Shown here piece after piece: positions 20,136 to 29,420 of a stretch of DNA of 64,000 nt (the stretch's first letter is position 1; each line of letters starts with the position of its first letter). Both the position numbers and the translations under genes were made by a program. Under the pieces are notes generated by a model. The model ran no database searches, was not told the DNA's origin, and was given only the letters and a program-made list of their open reading frames with translations. This stretch comes from Thainema sp. (lineage in GTDB: Bacteria; Cyanobacteriota; Cyanobacteriia; Phormidesmidales; Phormidesmidaceae). The stretch covers positions 12,128-76,127 of the forward strand of contig JBQLZK010000034.1 in assembly GCA_052168235.1 (NCBI GenBank). The letters run 5' to 3'.

Positions 20136-20177
20136 GAAATACCAATCTGCCGCTGAGGCAGAGGTAGCTTCTGATAC
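20136..20177 (-). promoter_or_regulatory. NtcA-activated (class II-like) promoter of the guanidine operon
   Basis: GTA-N8-TAC box GTAGCTTCTGATAC at 20164-20177; on the minus strand a TATTTC -10-like hexamer follows exactly 22 nt downstream. Confidence 0.75.
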
Positions 20178-20289
20178 AAAAATGGAAATCGTTCAGCTCA
20201 AACGCTTGATGTGGACAGAACCAGCCAGTTTTTCGGCACCTGCCATCTTTCGTTACAATAGTTAACTAAGCAAAACTTAAAGTATTCAA

Positions 20290-20485
20290 GATGCGTTAGG
20301 TACTGACGGTACGTATTGAGCGTAGTTGTCCGATCCCCCGCTGTCGCCGCCCCCTTGAAAAAGGGGCTATACCACCGCTAGCTCAAAGTCCCCCTTTTTC
20401 TAGGCGAAGCCATGCCCAAAGGGCTATAGGGGGATTTAGGGGGATCTGTCAGAGTATTTCGCTAAACAAGTACCGCTAACGCATC
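20290..20485. mobile_element. Nested MITE-like repeats
   Basis: Outer inverted ends GATGCGTTAG(CG)GTACT; inner GATCCCCC...AGGGGGATTTAGGGGGATC element (20332-20446) related to 48197-48271. Confidence 0.6.
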
Positions 20486-20509
20486 AATCCTCAATCCGTC
20501 GTAGTTTAG

Positions 20510-20926
20510 TTGCCCACGATGTCCTCGACTCCTCAAACCATTCAGTACCCACCCTCGACGCTGGCTCGTGCTGAGCGAGCCGTGCGCTGTAGCCCATTTC
20601 GACCTCAGCTCTTCACAACGATTCAGTGGCAAAGCGTGGAGCTACGTGCGATCGCATCTGAGCGAGGCGTGCGTAATGGCTATACCACTCGCGCTTTGCC
20701 CGAACTAGTGGCTGAAACCGAATTGCTCTGGCTAATTCAAGTCGGCCTCCTGCGGCGTGAGGTCGATGGTCAGGGCTTAACCGATAGCTTCCGCTTGACC
20801 CCCTTGGGACGGCAACTGGTGCGCCGCTGGGAACAGCAAAGAGACAAATCTCTATCTGCTTCCTGGCTTGACCAGCTATTAAATTGGCTGAATCGCTGGT
20901 TCCGTCGGCCAAGTTGGTTGTCATAG
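20510..20926 (+). CDS. Conserved cyanobacterial protein (Npun_F0494 family)
   Basis: RAERAVRCSPF and WLIQVGLLRREVDGQGLTDSFRLTPLG motifs. Confidence 0.75.
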   Translation: MPTMSSTPQTIQYPPSTLARAERAVRCSPFRPQLFTTIQWQSVELRAIASERGVRNGYTTRALPELVAETELLWLIQVGLLRREVDGQGLTDSFRLTPLGRQLVRRWEQQRDKSLSASWLDQLLNWLNRWFRRPSWLS

Positions 20927-21050
20927 TAGAAAGGTAAATATCGCGGTAATTAGGTTCTAACGTTTAAACGTTAGAACGTGCGAACGTTTAAACGTTCCAA
21001 CATTAAACTCATCCCGCTACTGCTATCCCTTCAAATTTCTCCCCAAACTC

Positions 21051-21809
21051 TTGGTCATCACATTTCTCGCCTTTATCGGACTGCTAGGCTTCACGGTGAT
21101 TAATCCGCGATCGCAACTTCGTTTGCGACAAAAATCGCGTGAAAGTTGGATTTTGGATATCAGCGGTTTATGGGTACAGGGGTTAGTGATTCCCTGGCTG
21201 CAAATTGTGCTGGTGATGCGGCTGTATGGCTGGTTGATGCCGTCGGCTCAAGCGATGCTATCGCTGCATCCTGTGCTGGCGTTTTTGCTCAGTTTTGTGG
21301 CGGTGGACTATCTATATTACTGGAATCATCGGTTGCTGCATTCGCGATCGCTCTGGTTCATTCATCGGGTTCACCACACGGTGACGGATATGGATGTGCT
21401 GGGTACGTCGCGCAATACGCTGTGGAGCAGCTTTTTCATTGTGTATCTGTGGGTACATGCGCTGTTTATTTTCTGGCTGGCTGACCCAATGTGGTACGTT
21501 ATCGGCGTTGGCCTGTCGAATGCGCTGGATTTGTGGCGACACAGTGAGGCGCATTTGCCGAATTGGATCAGTCGCTGGTTATCGCCGTGGTTAATTATGC
21601 CGATTGACCATGCGACACATCACCATCGAGACTTTTGTGGGACGAACTTTGGGGCAAACTTGAAAGTTTGGGATTGGTTGCATAGGACGGCTTGCGAGGA
21701 AATACGTTCGGCTTTGCCGCCGCATAGAGAATTGCAGGTTCCTCTAGCAGATAGCTTAGGTATACCGTTGAAGATCGGCTTAATACGCCAGCTTCTACTA
21801 CCGCTATAG
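21051..21809 (+). CDS. Sterol desaturase / fatty acid hydroxylase family
   Basis: His boxes YYWNHRLLH, IHRVHH and DHATHHH; NFG motif. Confidence 0.85.
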   Translation: MVITFLAFIGLLGFTVINPRSQLRLRQKSRESWILDISGLWVQGLVIPWLQIVLVMRLYGWLMPSAQAMLSLHPVLAFLLSFVAVDYLYYWNHRLLHSRSLWFIHRVHHTVTDMDVLGTSRNTLWSSFFIVYLWVHALFIFWLADPMWYVIGVGLSNALDLWRHSEAHLPNWISRWLSPWLIMPIDHATHHHRDFCGTNFGANLKVWDWLHRTACEEIRSALPPHRELQVPLADSLGIPLKIGLIRQLLLPL

Positions 21810-21831
21810 CGTTGAGCGGTCAACCCCTTAA

Positions 21832-23514
21832 CTATTTTTGAATTCTGGCTTTAGCCGGCTTAAACCTTACAGCCAGTTCACTCAACATGCCCAGAATGCA
21901 AGTCCAAGCCAATACATAACAAGGAAACAAATAACGCCAGAATGGAAAAGAATCAGGAATTAAATTACCAAATGCATATACCACACTAAATAATGCAGGG
22001 ATCGTCCATTCAATACGACGAGCAACCAGCCCAATTAATACTGTCAAAATTGAGACTATATAGAAAAAGTAGTGCCTGAAAGTAAAATTGGTAATTGGAA
22101 AAGCTAGCATCCAATTCATGACTTTTCCGTATGCTTCTTGAGCCAGCGGGATTTTGCTATCTAAGCCAATATTTAAATCTACCATTCTGGGCATTGGGGG
22201 ATGATCGGTGATACCTCCCCAATCTTGGTACATGACCCTTGAATTTTGTAATACATGGGCAAAATTACAGGCTTTATGCCTTGCATATGCAATTGGATAT
22301 TGGAACATCATGCCTATAGTCTTGTGCATAATAAAGCGAGACTCTTCTAGAACTAGCTGTTCCTTATCCGCCAACCTAATATTTCTGGCCCAAATCATGG
22401 GAAACACGCAATTAAAACCATCACCCATAAAAAGGTCAAACGTTCCATTGCCAAACCTTTCATCAATCGACTGTCGTTCGGCTTCCAATTCAGCCTCACT
22501 GATAATGGATTTAGCATTATGAATAGTTCCGACATACTGACTAAGGAAGACCTGACCTGCTGGTGATTCTCCAGTTACATTGGGACTGATCTCAACTAGT
22601 TTGCCTGGAACAATTAGAAGAATAAGCATTAACGGCAGTGCCTTTAACGCCCGGTAAACTTTATTCTGCCTCCATGCAAAATAGAACAGATATCCAATAG
22701 GAATCGGAATCAATACAACCGCTTCGCGACGAAAACAAATCGCAATTGAAAGACAAATGATCGACAACAAAAACGACGATTGACTATTAAGTCGAAACGC
22801 ACGAATTAGACAAGCCGTTGATAGCATCACAAATGACGCCATAGACGTATTTGAAATTGCCGCATTCGAGTACAGCCAGATCTGCGGAATCAGAGCAATA
22901 ACGACCGTACTGACAAAAAAAAATTTGGGCTTTTGGATAATTTGCCACAGCAAATAGAAGGTAGAACTCCAGAAAGCAAACCCTTGAAGACTAGTGAATA
23001 AGCTTTGGTTTTTGACAATGAACTGCGTCAAGTGCATGATCATTGCCAAGAACGGAGGATGCCAGGCATTATATTCGTTAATCAGTGCCTGTTCCCAGGC
23101 CATGCTCGCATCATAGGACACAATTCCTGGATAGAAAACGAGCATCAAGAAAACGCTTAGCGTCATAGAAGCTGAGAAAATATAAATTGGTAAAATCGGC
23201 AACGCATATTTTCTGTAGTCTATTCTGTCGCTATACAGCAATAAGTAGGCACTGAGACCAAGACTGACTAAAACCGCCCATTCTAATAAACAGAAAACAA
23301 CCGCCATCAGCACAGCCAAAAACAGAGGCAATTGGAACGTAAACGAAATAAACAAGCCAGGGTCAGAGAACGTACTTAGCCAGATAGGGAAACTGAGTAC
23401 TCCTAAAACGGCTGCAGTTAAACTTACCCATTTAGTAGCTTTCTGGTGTTCTGTAAACAAAAAGTACAGGTTATTTAGAGTAGCTGAATCTTTTATTTTC
23501 ATTTGAGCAATCAA
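21832..23514 (-). CDS. Polytopic membrane protein, possible GT-C-type glycosyltransferase
   Basis: YPGIVSYD...WHPP motif, many TM segments, C-terminal RY; AT-rich with no HIP1 seen. Confidence 0.6.
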   Translation of the reverse strand: MIAQMKIKDSATLNNLYFLFTEHQKATKWVSLTAAVLGVLSFPIWLSTFSDPGLFISFTFQLPLFLAVLMAVVFCLLEWAVLVSLGLSAYLLLYSDRIDYRKYALPILPIYIFSASMTLSVFLMLVFYPGIVSYDASMAWEQALINEYNAWHPPFLAMIMHLTQFIVKNQSLFTSLQGFAFWSSTFYLLWQIIQKPKFFFVSTVVIALIPQIWLYSNAAISNTSMASFVMLSTACLIRAFRLNSQSSFLLSIICLSIAICFRREAVVLIPIPIGYLFYFAWRQNKVYRALKALPLMLILLIVPGKLVEISPNVTGESPAGQVFLSQYVGTIHNAKSIISEAELEAERQSIDERFGNGTFDLFMGDGFNCVFPMIWARNIRLADKEQLVLEESRFIMHKTIGMMFQYPIAYARHKACNFAHVLQNSRVMYQDWGGITDHPPMPRMVDLNIGLDSKIPLAQEAYGKVMNWMLAFPITNFTFRHYFFYIVSILTVLIGLVARRIEWTIPALFSVVYAFGNLIPDSFPFWRYLFPCYVLAWTCILGMLSELAVRFKPAKARIQK

Positions 23515-23801
23515 TAATTTATAAAGTCAGCTGTCTTAATTGCTTGAAATACACGGATATTAATGTTTTATCGAGCACTAGCTAGTTACTGATTAGCTTG
23601 AAGAGATATAACTTGCGCTTGTTTTCCAAGCCTATGTATCAGGCCTAAATTCCATGCCAGCTTTGTACCAACAGTATTCGGGCCATGTTTGGCGATGTAA
23701 TCTCTTTCATACAGCAGATTCATACAGCAAAAAAATGTTTGCTCAAGAGTGAGTTGGGATTAGTTGGAAGTATATCAAAGTTTAAGAAGTAACAGCCCTT
23801 C

Positions 23802-25715
23802 TTATCTTTCCTCGCCATCATTACCATCATTACCATCATTGGTGACATCGTCCTCATTGGGTGACAGCGTGGCTGTGCGAGGTGGACGATTGCCGTTGTG
23901 GGTATCAGCTTGGGAGGAGTGGTGACCGTCTTGTTGGTCAACATCGCGATCGCGGTTTTGCCCAAATCGTCCGCCTTGAATTTGCATGGGTAGCGTGTCC
24001 ACGCCGTGGAACCACAGATCTTGCTGAGGAATGGGAATCTGAATATTGGCTTTGTCGAAGGCAAGCTTGAGGCGGCGGCGATATTCGCGAGCAACGTCCC
24101 ACTGCTTCATCGGTTGAGTTTTAATCCACAGGCGAATGATGACGCCGTTTTGGCCGAAGTCATCAACACCGAGCATATTGGGTTCTTCCAAAAACAACGG
24201 TTGCCAGTCGGGTTCATGCCGCATATCTTCAGCGACTCGATGCATGATCGATTGTGCTTGTTCTAAATCGGAGTGATAGGCGACTGGGATTTGCAGGTCT
24301 ACCCGTGACCAGTTGTTGGTTAGGTTGGCAACTGCGCCAATTTGGCTGGTGGGAACGGAAATCAGTCGTCCGGCGGTATCGCGGAGCTTGGTGACGCGCA
24401 GGTTGAAGTCTTCGACGACGCCAGCAAGGCCGTGGTTATCTTCCAGCACCACAACGTCACCAATGGCGTATTGGTCTTCCAGGATGATAAAAATGCCGTT
24501 GACTGCGCCGCGAATCAGATTCTGGAAGATGAGTGAAATGGCGACGCTCAATAAGCTAAAGCTGGTGAGTAAGACGGCTAAGTCAATACCGGCAACGGCT
24601 AAAGCAATCAGAACGCCAATCACAATCCAGGCAAAAACAGCAATATTTTTCAGGACGCTGGACACGGTGGAAACCCTAAGTTCAGTCCGCCGATTATGCT
24701 GAGGCGCAATGTTAATGCCCATCATGAAGCGATTAATTAACACAAAGCTGAGCCGTGCGCCGACGTAGGCCACCACAATCACAATGATGGCCAATAGAGG
24801 AACCCGCAGTACAGCGATTACACTTTCCTGTAGTGCTCTCGTTTCAGGGAAAATGCCTAAAATCAGCACGACTGCACCAATGAACAGGATGACCTGTAGC
24901 AGCTGTAGGACGCGCCGCTGAATTTCATGCAGATTCTTGTGCTGCTCTTGCTCAACTTCGTCCGATTCACCCGGTTGAGTAAACCAGCCCAAAATCTGAT
25001 TGGATAGCCAGGTTCGCTTCTGCAGCAGCCCCGCCAAGAGAATGAGCAATAGCGCTCCCACACCAATAACCGCTGATCGAGTGACCTGCTGAATCCGTGC
25101 ATCTGACTGGCGGGCCTGCCGCGCCTCTTGTAAGACTTCTGGTAAGCGCTGCTCTAGCTCTTGGGCTAAGGCCCACGGGGTCAGGCCGAGGAGCTCGGCA
25201 TCCTGCTGATTGAGCGTGGTCAGATAAGTCCCGTTGACATAAATGCTGGGTAGCTCTTGCTCCCCTGTCGCCTCAATCGTTACGTCCAAGTCTGCACTGT
25301 CTTGGCTGACATATTCGTTGCGAATCTGCTCCAGATTGGTTTCAACTTGGTTAACCCGTCGGGAAAGCGCCGACTGAGGGGCCGTCACCTGAAACACCCG
25401 TCCTCCATCGAGAGTGATCCAGCCCGCTGCATTTTCTGTACTGGCGCTATCGCCCCCGCCAGCCGATAAGTTCGGTAGCGAAATTTGCTGGAGCACTGGC
25501 GGCTGCGATGCAGGTGCAAGCTGGGCTTGAGCAGGCTGAGCCCAAAACGTGCCCAGCAGACTGCTGAGGCCCAAGCTGATGACGCAGAGTACACCACATA
25601 GCCAACGCCACTGCTGCCGGGATAAAAGGTGCGATCGCAAATCTACACCCCTTGCCACAGTTTTACGCTGCCGCATATTCGGTTTTCTTGGCGGTGATTG
25701 GGATGAATAAGGCAC
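23802..25715 (-). CDS. MscS-family mechanosensitive channel
   Basis: QNLIRGAVNGIFIILEDQYAIGDVV, GVVEDFNLRVTKLRD, QWDVAREYRRRLK. Confidence 0.9.
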   Translation of the reverse strand: MPYSSQSPPRKPNMRQRKTVARGVDLRSHLLSRQQWRWLCGVLCVISLGLSSLLGTFWAQPAQAQLAPASQPPVLQQISLPNLSAGGGDSASTENAAGWITLDGGRVFQVTAPQSALSRRVNQVETNLEQIRNEYVSQDSADLDVTIEATGEQELPSIYVNGTYLTTLNQQDAELLGLTPWALAQELEQRLPEVLQEARQARQSDARIQQVTRSAVIGVGALLLILLAGLLQKRTWLSNQILGWFTQPGESDEVEQEQHKNLHEIQRRVLQLLQVILFIGAVVLILGIFPETRALQESVIAVLRVPLLAIIVIVVAYVGARLSFVLINRFMMGINIAPQHNRRTELRVSTVSSVLKNIAVFAWIVIGVLIALAVAGIDLAVLLTSFSLLSVAISLIFQNLIRGAVNGIFIILEDQYAIGDVVVLEDNHGLAGVVEDFNLRVTKLRDTAGRLISVPTSQIGAVANLTNNWSRVDLQIPVAYHSDLEQAQSIMHRVAEDMRHEPDWQPLFLEEPNMLGVDDFGQNGVIIRLWIKTQPMKQWDVAREYRRRLKLAFDKANIQIPIPQQDLWFHGVDTLPMQIQGGRFGQNRDRDVDQQDGHHSSQADTHNGNRPPRTATLSPNEDDVTNDGNDGNDGEER

Positions 25716-25999
25716 AACTAAATCTTTGATGACGACTCAAAAACGTTTGAATTACAGTCCGCAGATTAAGCAAATCTACTCATCCATTCATCATTCGCAA
25801 GTGAGAGACTCTAATGCTATAAGGTAGACTGCCAAAACCCTTTGTGTGCTTGAAAATACGGGGATCAGACCTGTTTCTCAGACGCTTTTCAGACAAACTA
25901 CTTTGTCTCTAGGAACAACTGCTATACAATCCATGCAGCAATGGATTGAGCACACAACTTGCACCCCAAAGTGGGTCAATCTCCTAAAGAGGACAACCC

Positions 26000-26812
26000 T
26001 TGGTGGATGACGAATCTCGCACTCGGATCAATCGCCTAGCAGTCCTGATTGATGCCGACAATGCTAGAGCTGATTTAGTAGAGCCGCTGCTGAAAGAAGT
26101 GGCCAAATACGGCACGGCTAATGTCAAGCGCATCTACGGCGACTGGACGCGATCGCACTTAGCCAGTTGGAAGGAAAAGCTGAATCAGCACGCGATTCAG
26201 CCCATCCAGCAGTTCGCCTATACAACGGGCAAAAACGCTACCGACAGCGCCCTGATCATCGACGCGATGGATTTGCTCTACACGGAAAATTTTGACGGAT
26301 TCTGCATTGTCTCCAGTGACAGCGACTTTACTCGTTTGGCCTCCCGTTTGCGAGAAGCCGGGCTGTCCGTGTACGGCTTTGGCGAACAAAAAACGCCAGA
26401 AGCCTTTGTGAAAGCCTGCGATCGCTTTATCTATACCGAAATTCTAGAAGACACCGATGATGAAGTTGCGGATGAAGTCGCTGGTGATGAAATCACCTCG
26501 GGACAACCCACACCCGTCAAATCGGTTAAGCAAAAATCTAATAAACGTAGCGGTTCAACCCTGCGCCGCGATCGCAAGTTAGTGAAACTCCTGATCGACG
26601 CTTACGAAGCCACTGCCGAAGAAGACGGTTGGGCTAACCTGGGGCCGCTCGGTTCTCAGCTCAACAAGCTTTCATCCTCATTTGACGCCCGCAACTACGG
26701 CTACAAAAAACTCGGTGAACTGGTGCGCGCCATCGGCCTATTCGACGTGCAGGAAATTCGGCGCGGCAACGCCGTCAAAGGCATCCGCGTCTGCCTCAAA
26801 TCTGAACACTAA
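26000..26812 (+). CDS. NYN (DUF88/LabA-like) domain + OST-HTH/LOTUS protein
   Basis: LIDADN, KNATD, SSDSDF acidic motifs; C-terminal FDARNYGYKKLGEL. Confidence 0.88.
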   Translation: MVDDESRTRINRLAVLIDADNARADLVEPLLKEVAKYGTANVKRIYGDWTRSHLASWKEKLNQHAIQPIQQFAYTTGKNATDSALIIDAMDLLYTENFDGFCIVSSDSDFTRLASRLREAGLSVYGFGEQKTPEAFVKACDRFIYTEILEDTDDEVADEVAGDEITSGQPTPVKSVKQKSNKRSGSTLRRDRKLVKLLIDAYEATAEEDGWANLGPLGSQLNKLSSSFDARNYGYKKLGELVRAIGLFDVQEIRRGNAVKGIRVCLKSEH

Positions 26813-26902
26813 ATTCCCCTTGCTTTCCTGCTCCCGCTCTCAACTCATCAATCTACGTCATGATGAGGGAATAGAGATCTCAAACCTAAGGAGAATTCGC
26901 TC

Positions 26903-27376
26903 ATGCAACCTGAAGTCTATGTAAAATCAGCATCGTTGTATGACACCGACTTCCAACTCTGGATTGAGCAAACGGTAGAGCAGTTACGAGATCGCAACTT
27001 TAGCCAGCTTGATCTAGAAAATTTAATTGAGGAGATCGAAAGCTTGGGTAGAAGTGATAAACGCGCGATTTCCAGCTACTTAATGCGACTCTGTGAACAT
27101 ATTCTCAAGCTGAAATACTGGGAATCTGAGCGAGAAAGATGTTTTCGAGGCTGGCTGGTAGAGATCACTAATTTTCGCTTGAATATTCAAGCCATACTTG
27201 ATGATAGTCCTAGCCTGAGAAACTATCTGGATGAGAAATTTATGCTGGAGTACCAGAGAGCAAGAAAGCTCTTTCTCAAAGCCAGTGAGTTAAATGCCAA
27301 CCTGATTCCCGAAGAACCAGACTTTACGCTCGAACAAGCACTTGACGAAGATTGGCTGCCCTGGCAGCCCCAATAG
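26903..27376 (+). CDS. DUF29 family protein
   Basis: LYDTDFQLW, LDLENLIEEIESLG, DSPSLRNY, FTLEQALDEDWLP. Confidence 0.9.
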   Translation: MQPEVYVKSASLYDTDFQLWIEQTVEQLRDRNFSQLDLENLIEEIESLGRSDKRAISSYLMRLCEHILKLKYWESERERCFRGWLVEITNFRLNIQAILDDSPSLRNYLDEKFMLEYQRARKLFLKASELNANLIPEEPDFTLEQALDEDWLPWQPQ

Positions 27377-27420
27377 TTTCCGTTACACTGCATGAGAGAC
27401 TTCATGGGTTATATCGATCA

Positions 27421-28182
27421 ATGTCCTCAATCGGTCGTCAAATCATCACGCTTGTAGGTGCGATCGCACTTTGCCTCAGCCTCTGTGCCTGCAATGCTCT
27501 CCCCTTTACGCAAACCTTCAGCGGCACCTTTGATCCCGCCCAGCCCTATCGGACCACCTCGCCCAGTTCGGACGGCATTGGCAAAGTTTACCTGGGGCGC
27601 GAAATTGCTCAGGTGATGGGCTATCGGGGCGCTTACTGGCTAGAGCGCATGGGCCGCAGCTTGGAAGAACGGCCCCAACTGGTCATCCAAGCACTTGATC
27701 TGGAACCCGATGATGTCGTGGCCGATATTGGCGCAGGCACAGGCTACTTCACATTTCGCATGAGTCCCCTGGTGCCAGAGGGTCAGGTACTGGCGGTAGA
27801 CGTACAGCCGGAAATGCTGAAACTGATCCGCGATCGCATCTCCGAAAAAGCGGTCACGAACGTGGAACCCGTTCAGGGCGCTATTGACAATCCTCATCTG
27901 CCTGAAAACAGCGTCGATCTAGCCTTAATGGTGGATGCCTACCACGAGTTTGAATATCCCTACGAAATGATGACGAACTTGGTCAAAGCGCTGAAGCCCG
28001 GTGGCCGAGTCGTTTTGGCCGAGTACAAAGGCGAAAACCCATTTATCCAAATCAAACGGCTACACAAAATGACCGAGCAGCAAGTTCGCCGCGAAATGGA
28101 AATTGTTGGCCTACACTGGCTCAAAACCTACGATGAGCTACCGCAGCAGCATCTTCTATTCTTCGAAAAGCCTGCAGTCTAA
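27421..28182 (+). CDS. Class I SAM-dependent methyltransferase, probable lipoprotein
   Basis: ADIGAGTG, VDAYHEF, LKPGG; N-terminal hydrophobic stretch with Cys. Confidence 0.85.
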   Translation: MSSIGRQIITLVGAIALCLSLCACNALPFTQTFSGTFDPAQPYRTTSPSSDGIGKVYLGREIAQVMGYRGAYWLERMGRSLEERPQLVIQALDLEPDDVVADIGAGTGYFTFRMSPLVPEGQVLAVDVQPEMLKLIRDRISEKAVTNVEPVQGAIDNPHLPENSVDLALMVDAYHEFEYPYEMMTNLVKALKPGGRVVLAEYKGENPFIQIKRLHKMTEQQVRREMEIVGLHWLKTYDELPQQHLLFFEKPAV

Positions 28183-28189
28183 CCAAATT

Positions 28190-28287
28190 CTAGTGCTGTC
28201 TCAGGTTTGGATTGAGGGTTGAGGAGTCGTGCTTTGCGCAACTCCTCAACCCTCGGAACTATTAAAACAAAGCTGACAGACTACTAG
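28190..28287. mobile_element. CTAG-flanked MITE-like element with internal hairpin
   Basis: CTAGTGCTGTC...GACAGACTACTAG ends; 14-bp stem GAGGGTTGAGGAGT/ACTCCTCAACCCTC. Confidence 0.55.
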
Positions 28288-28382
28288 GCATAAGACTTTG
28301 CGCGAGTTGATACACGACCAAAAGCGGGATCAAAAGTTTTGGTCAAACCGAACTACCTCACTACGAGTAATATCGACATCAA

Positions 28383-28472
28383 TAGACTTTATGGGAAATT
28401 GTTTTGTAGCGCGGCGGAGCCGCGCTACAAAACAATTTCCAACCCCAAAAACTTTATTTCCAATAAAGTCTA
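28383..28472. mobile_element. ~90-bp MITE (copy 1)
   Basis: TIRs TAGACTTTATGGGAAAT/ATTTCCAATAAAGTCTA and internal hairpin; near-identical copy at 52655-52743. Confidence 0.8.
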
Positions 28473-28666
28473 ATATCATCCGATCGCGCCAACAATCACT
28501 TTTCCCCAACGCGGCAGCTTCATGGTGTTCTGTTTTATGACAGTTCAGCTCTAATCTAACTGTGTCTATTGGCAGCTGTCACGGTGCGCTGAATACGAAA
28601 ATCCCTTTCCCGCTTTGGGAAGGGATTTTGGAGCGTTATACGAAGTCCAGTTAAAACCCGATAATT

Positions 28667-28711
28667 TATTGTTGGAAAAAAGCAGGCTAAGCCTGCCTTT
28701 TTCCAACAATA
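28667..28711. terminator. 21-bp-arm hairpin downstream of the HPF-CSD gene
   Basis: TATTGTTGGAAAAAAGCAGGC-TAA-GCCTGCCTTTTTCCAACAATA. Confidence 0.65.
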
Positions 28712-28739
28712 GTTCAGGTTCCTGTACACGGACTTGATA

Positions 28740-29375
28740 TTACTTCGGATCGTAAGACCAACCTTGAGGCACATCCATTCCGTCTCGATTGGTGCGCTCT
28801 TCGGCAGGACGAACACCAGACTTATCGATTAAACGTACCGTACTTGCCTGCGGCCCTTCTCGACCTTCCGTCACAAAAAACTGGACACCCGAACCGACTC
28901 GTAGCCGATCGAAGTCGCTATGTAAGACGCTATTGCGGTGGAAATACACGTCTTGGCCTTCTGGAGTCTTCAAAAAGCCATAATCTTCGGCGGGAAACAA
29001 CTTGGTGACGATACCGCCAACAGCTTGTTCTGGATGGCTCTTAACGTGATTCTGCTGCTTCTCGGTCAGCGTTTGTAATTGGCGGCGGGCCGCATCGAAA
29101 GCCTCCCGAATCACCGACTCCAGTGTGTCATACTGCACACCTTCACTGGGATTCTTATCCACTGCTAATTCGTGACCGGGCGGAACCATCAAATCCAGTC
29201 GCACTCGATAGGGCGAACCGTGGCTGGGATGGGTATGAGCACGTTCAACCGCGACGTGGCAACTGATAATGTGATCGCAAACTTCTTCGAGTTTTTCCAT
29301 TTTGCTGCGAATCAAACTATCGATCGCACTGCTTTTTTCAACGTCTCGATAAGTGATATCTAATGGTACTTGCAT
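28740..29375 (-). CDS. HPF/RaiA ribosome-associated protein fused to a cold-shock domain
   Basis: N-terminal S30AE-like region (IREAFDAARRQL); C-terminal YGFL...VYFHRNSV...GPQASTV CSD motifs. Confidence 0.88.
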   Translation of the reverse strand: MQVPLDITYRDVEKSSAIDSLIRSKMEKLEEVCDHIISCHVAVERAHTHPSHGSPYRVRLDLMVPPGHELAVDKNPSEGVQYDTLESVIREAFDAARRQLQTLTEKQQNHVKSHPEQAVGGIVTKLFPAEDYGFLKTPEGQDVYFHRNSVLHSDFDRLRVGSGVQFFVTEGREGPQASTVRLIDKSGVRPAEERTNRDGMDVPQGWSYDPK

Positions 29376-29420
29376 AAATTTAGTTTTCGTCTCGTAGCTA
29401 CAATATTAGAAAATCCCGAT

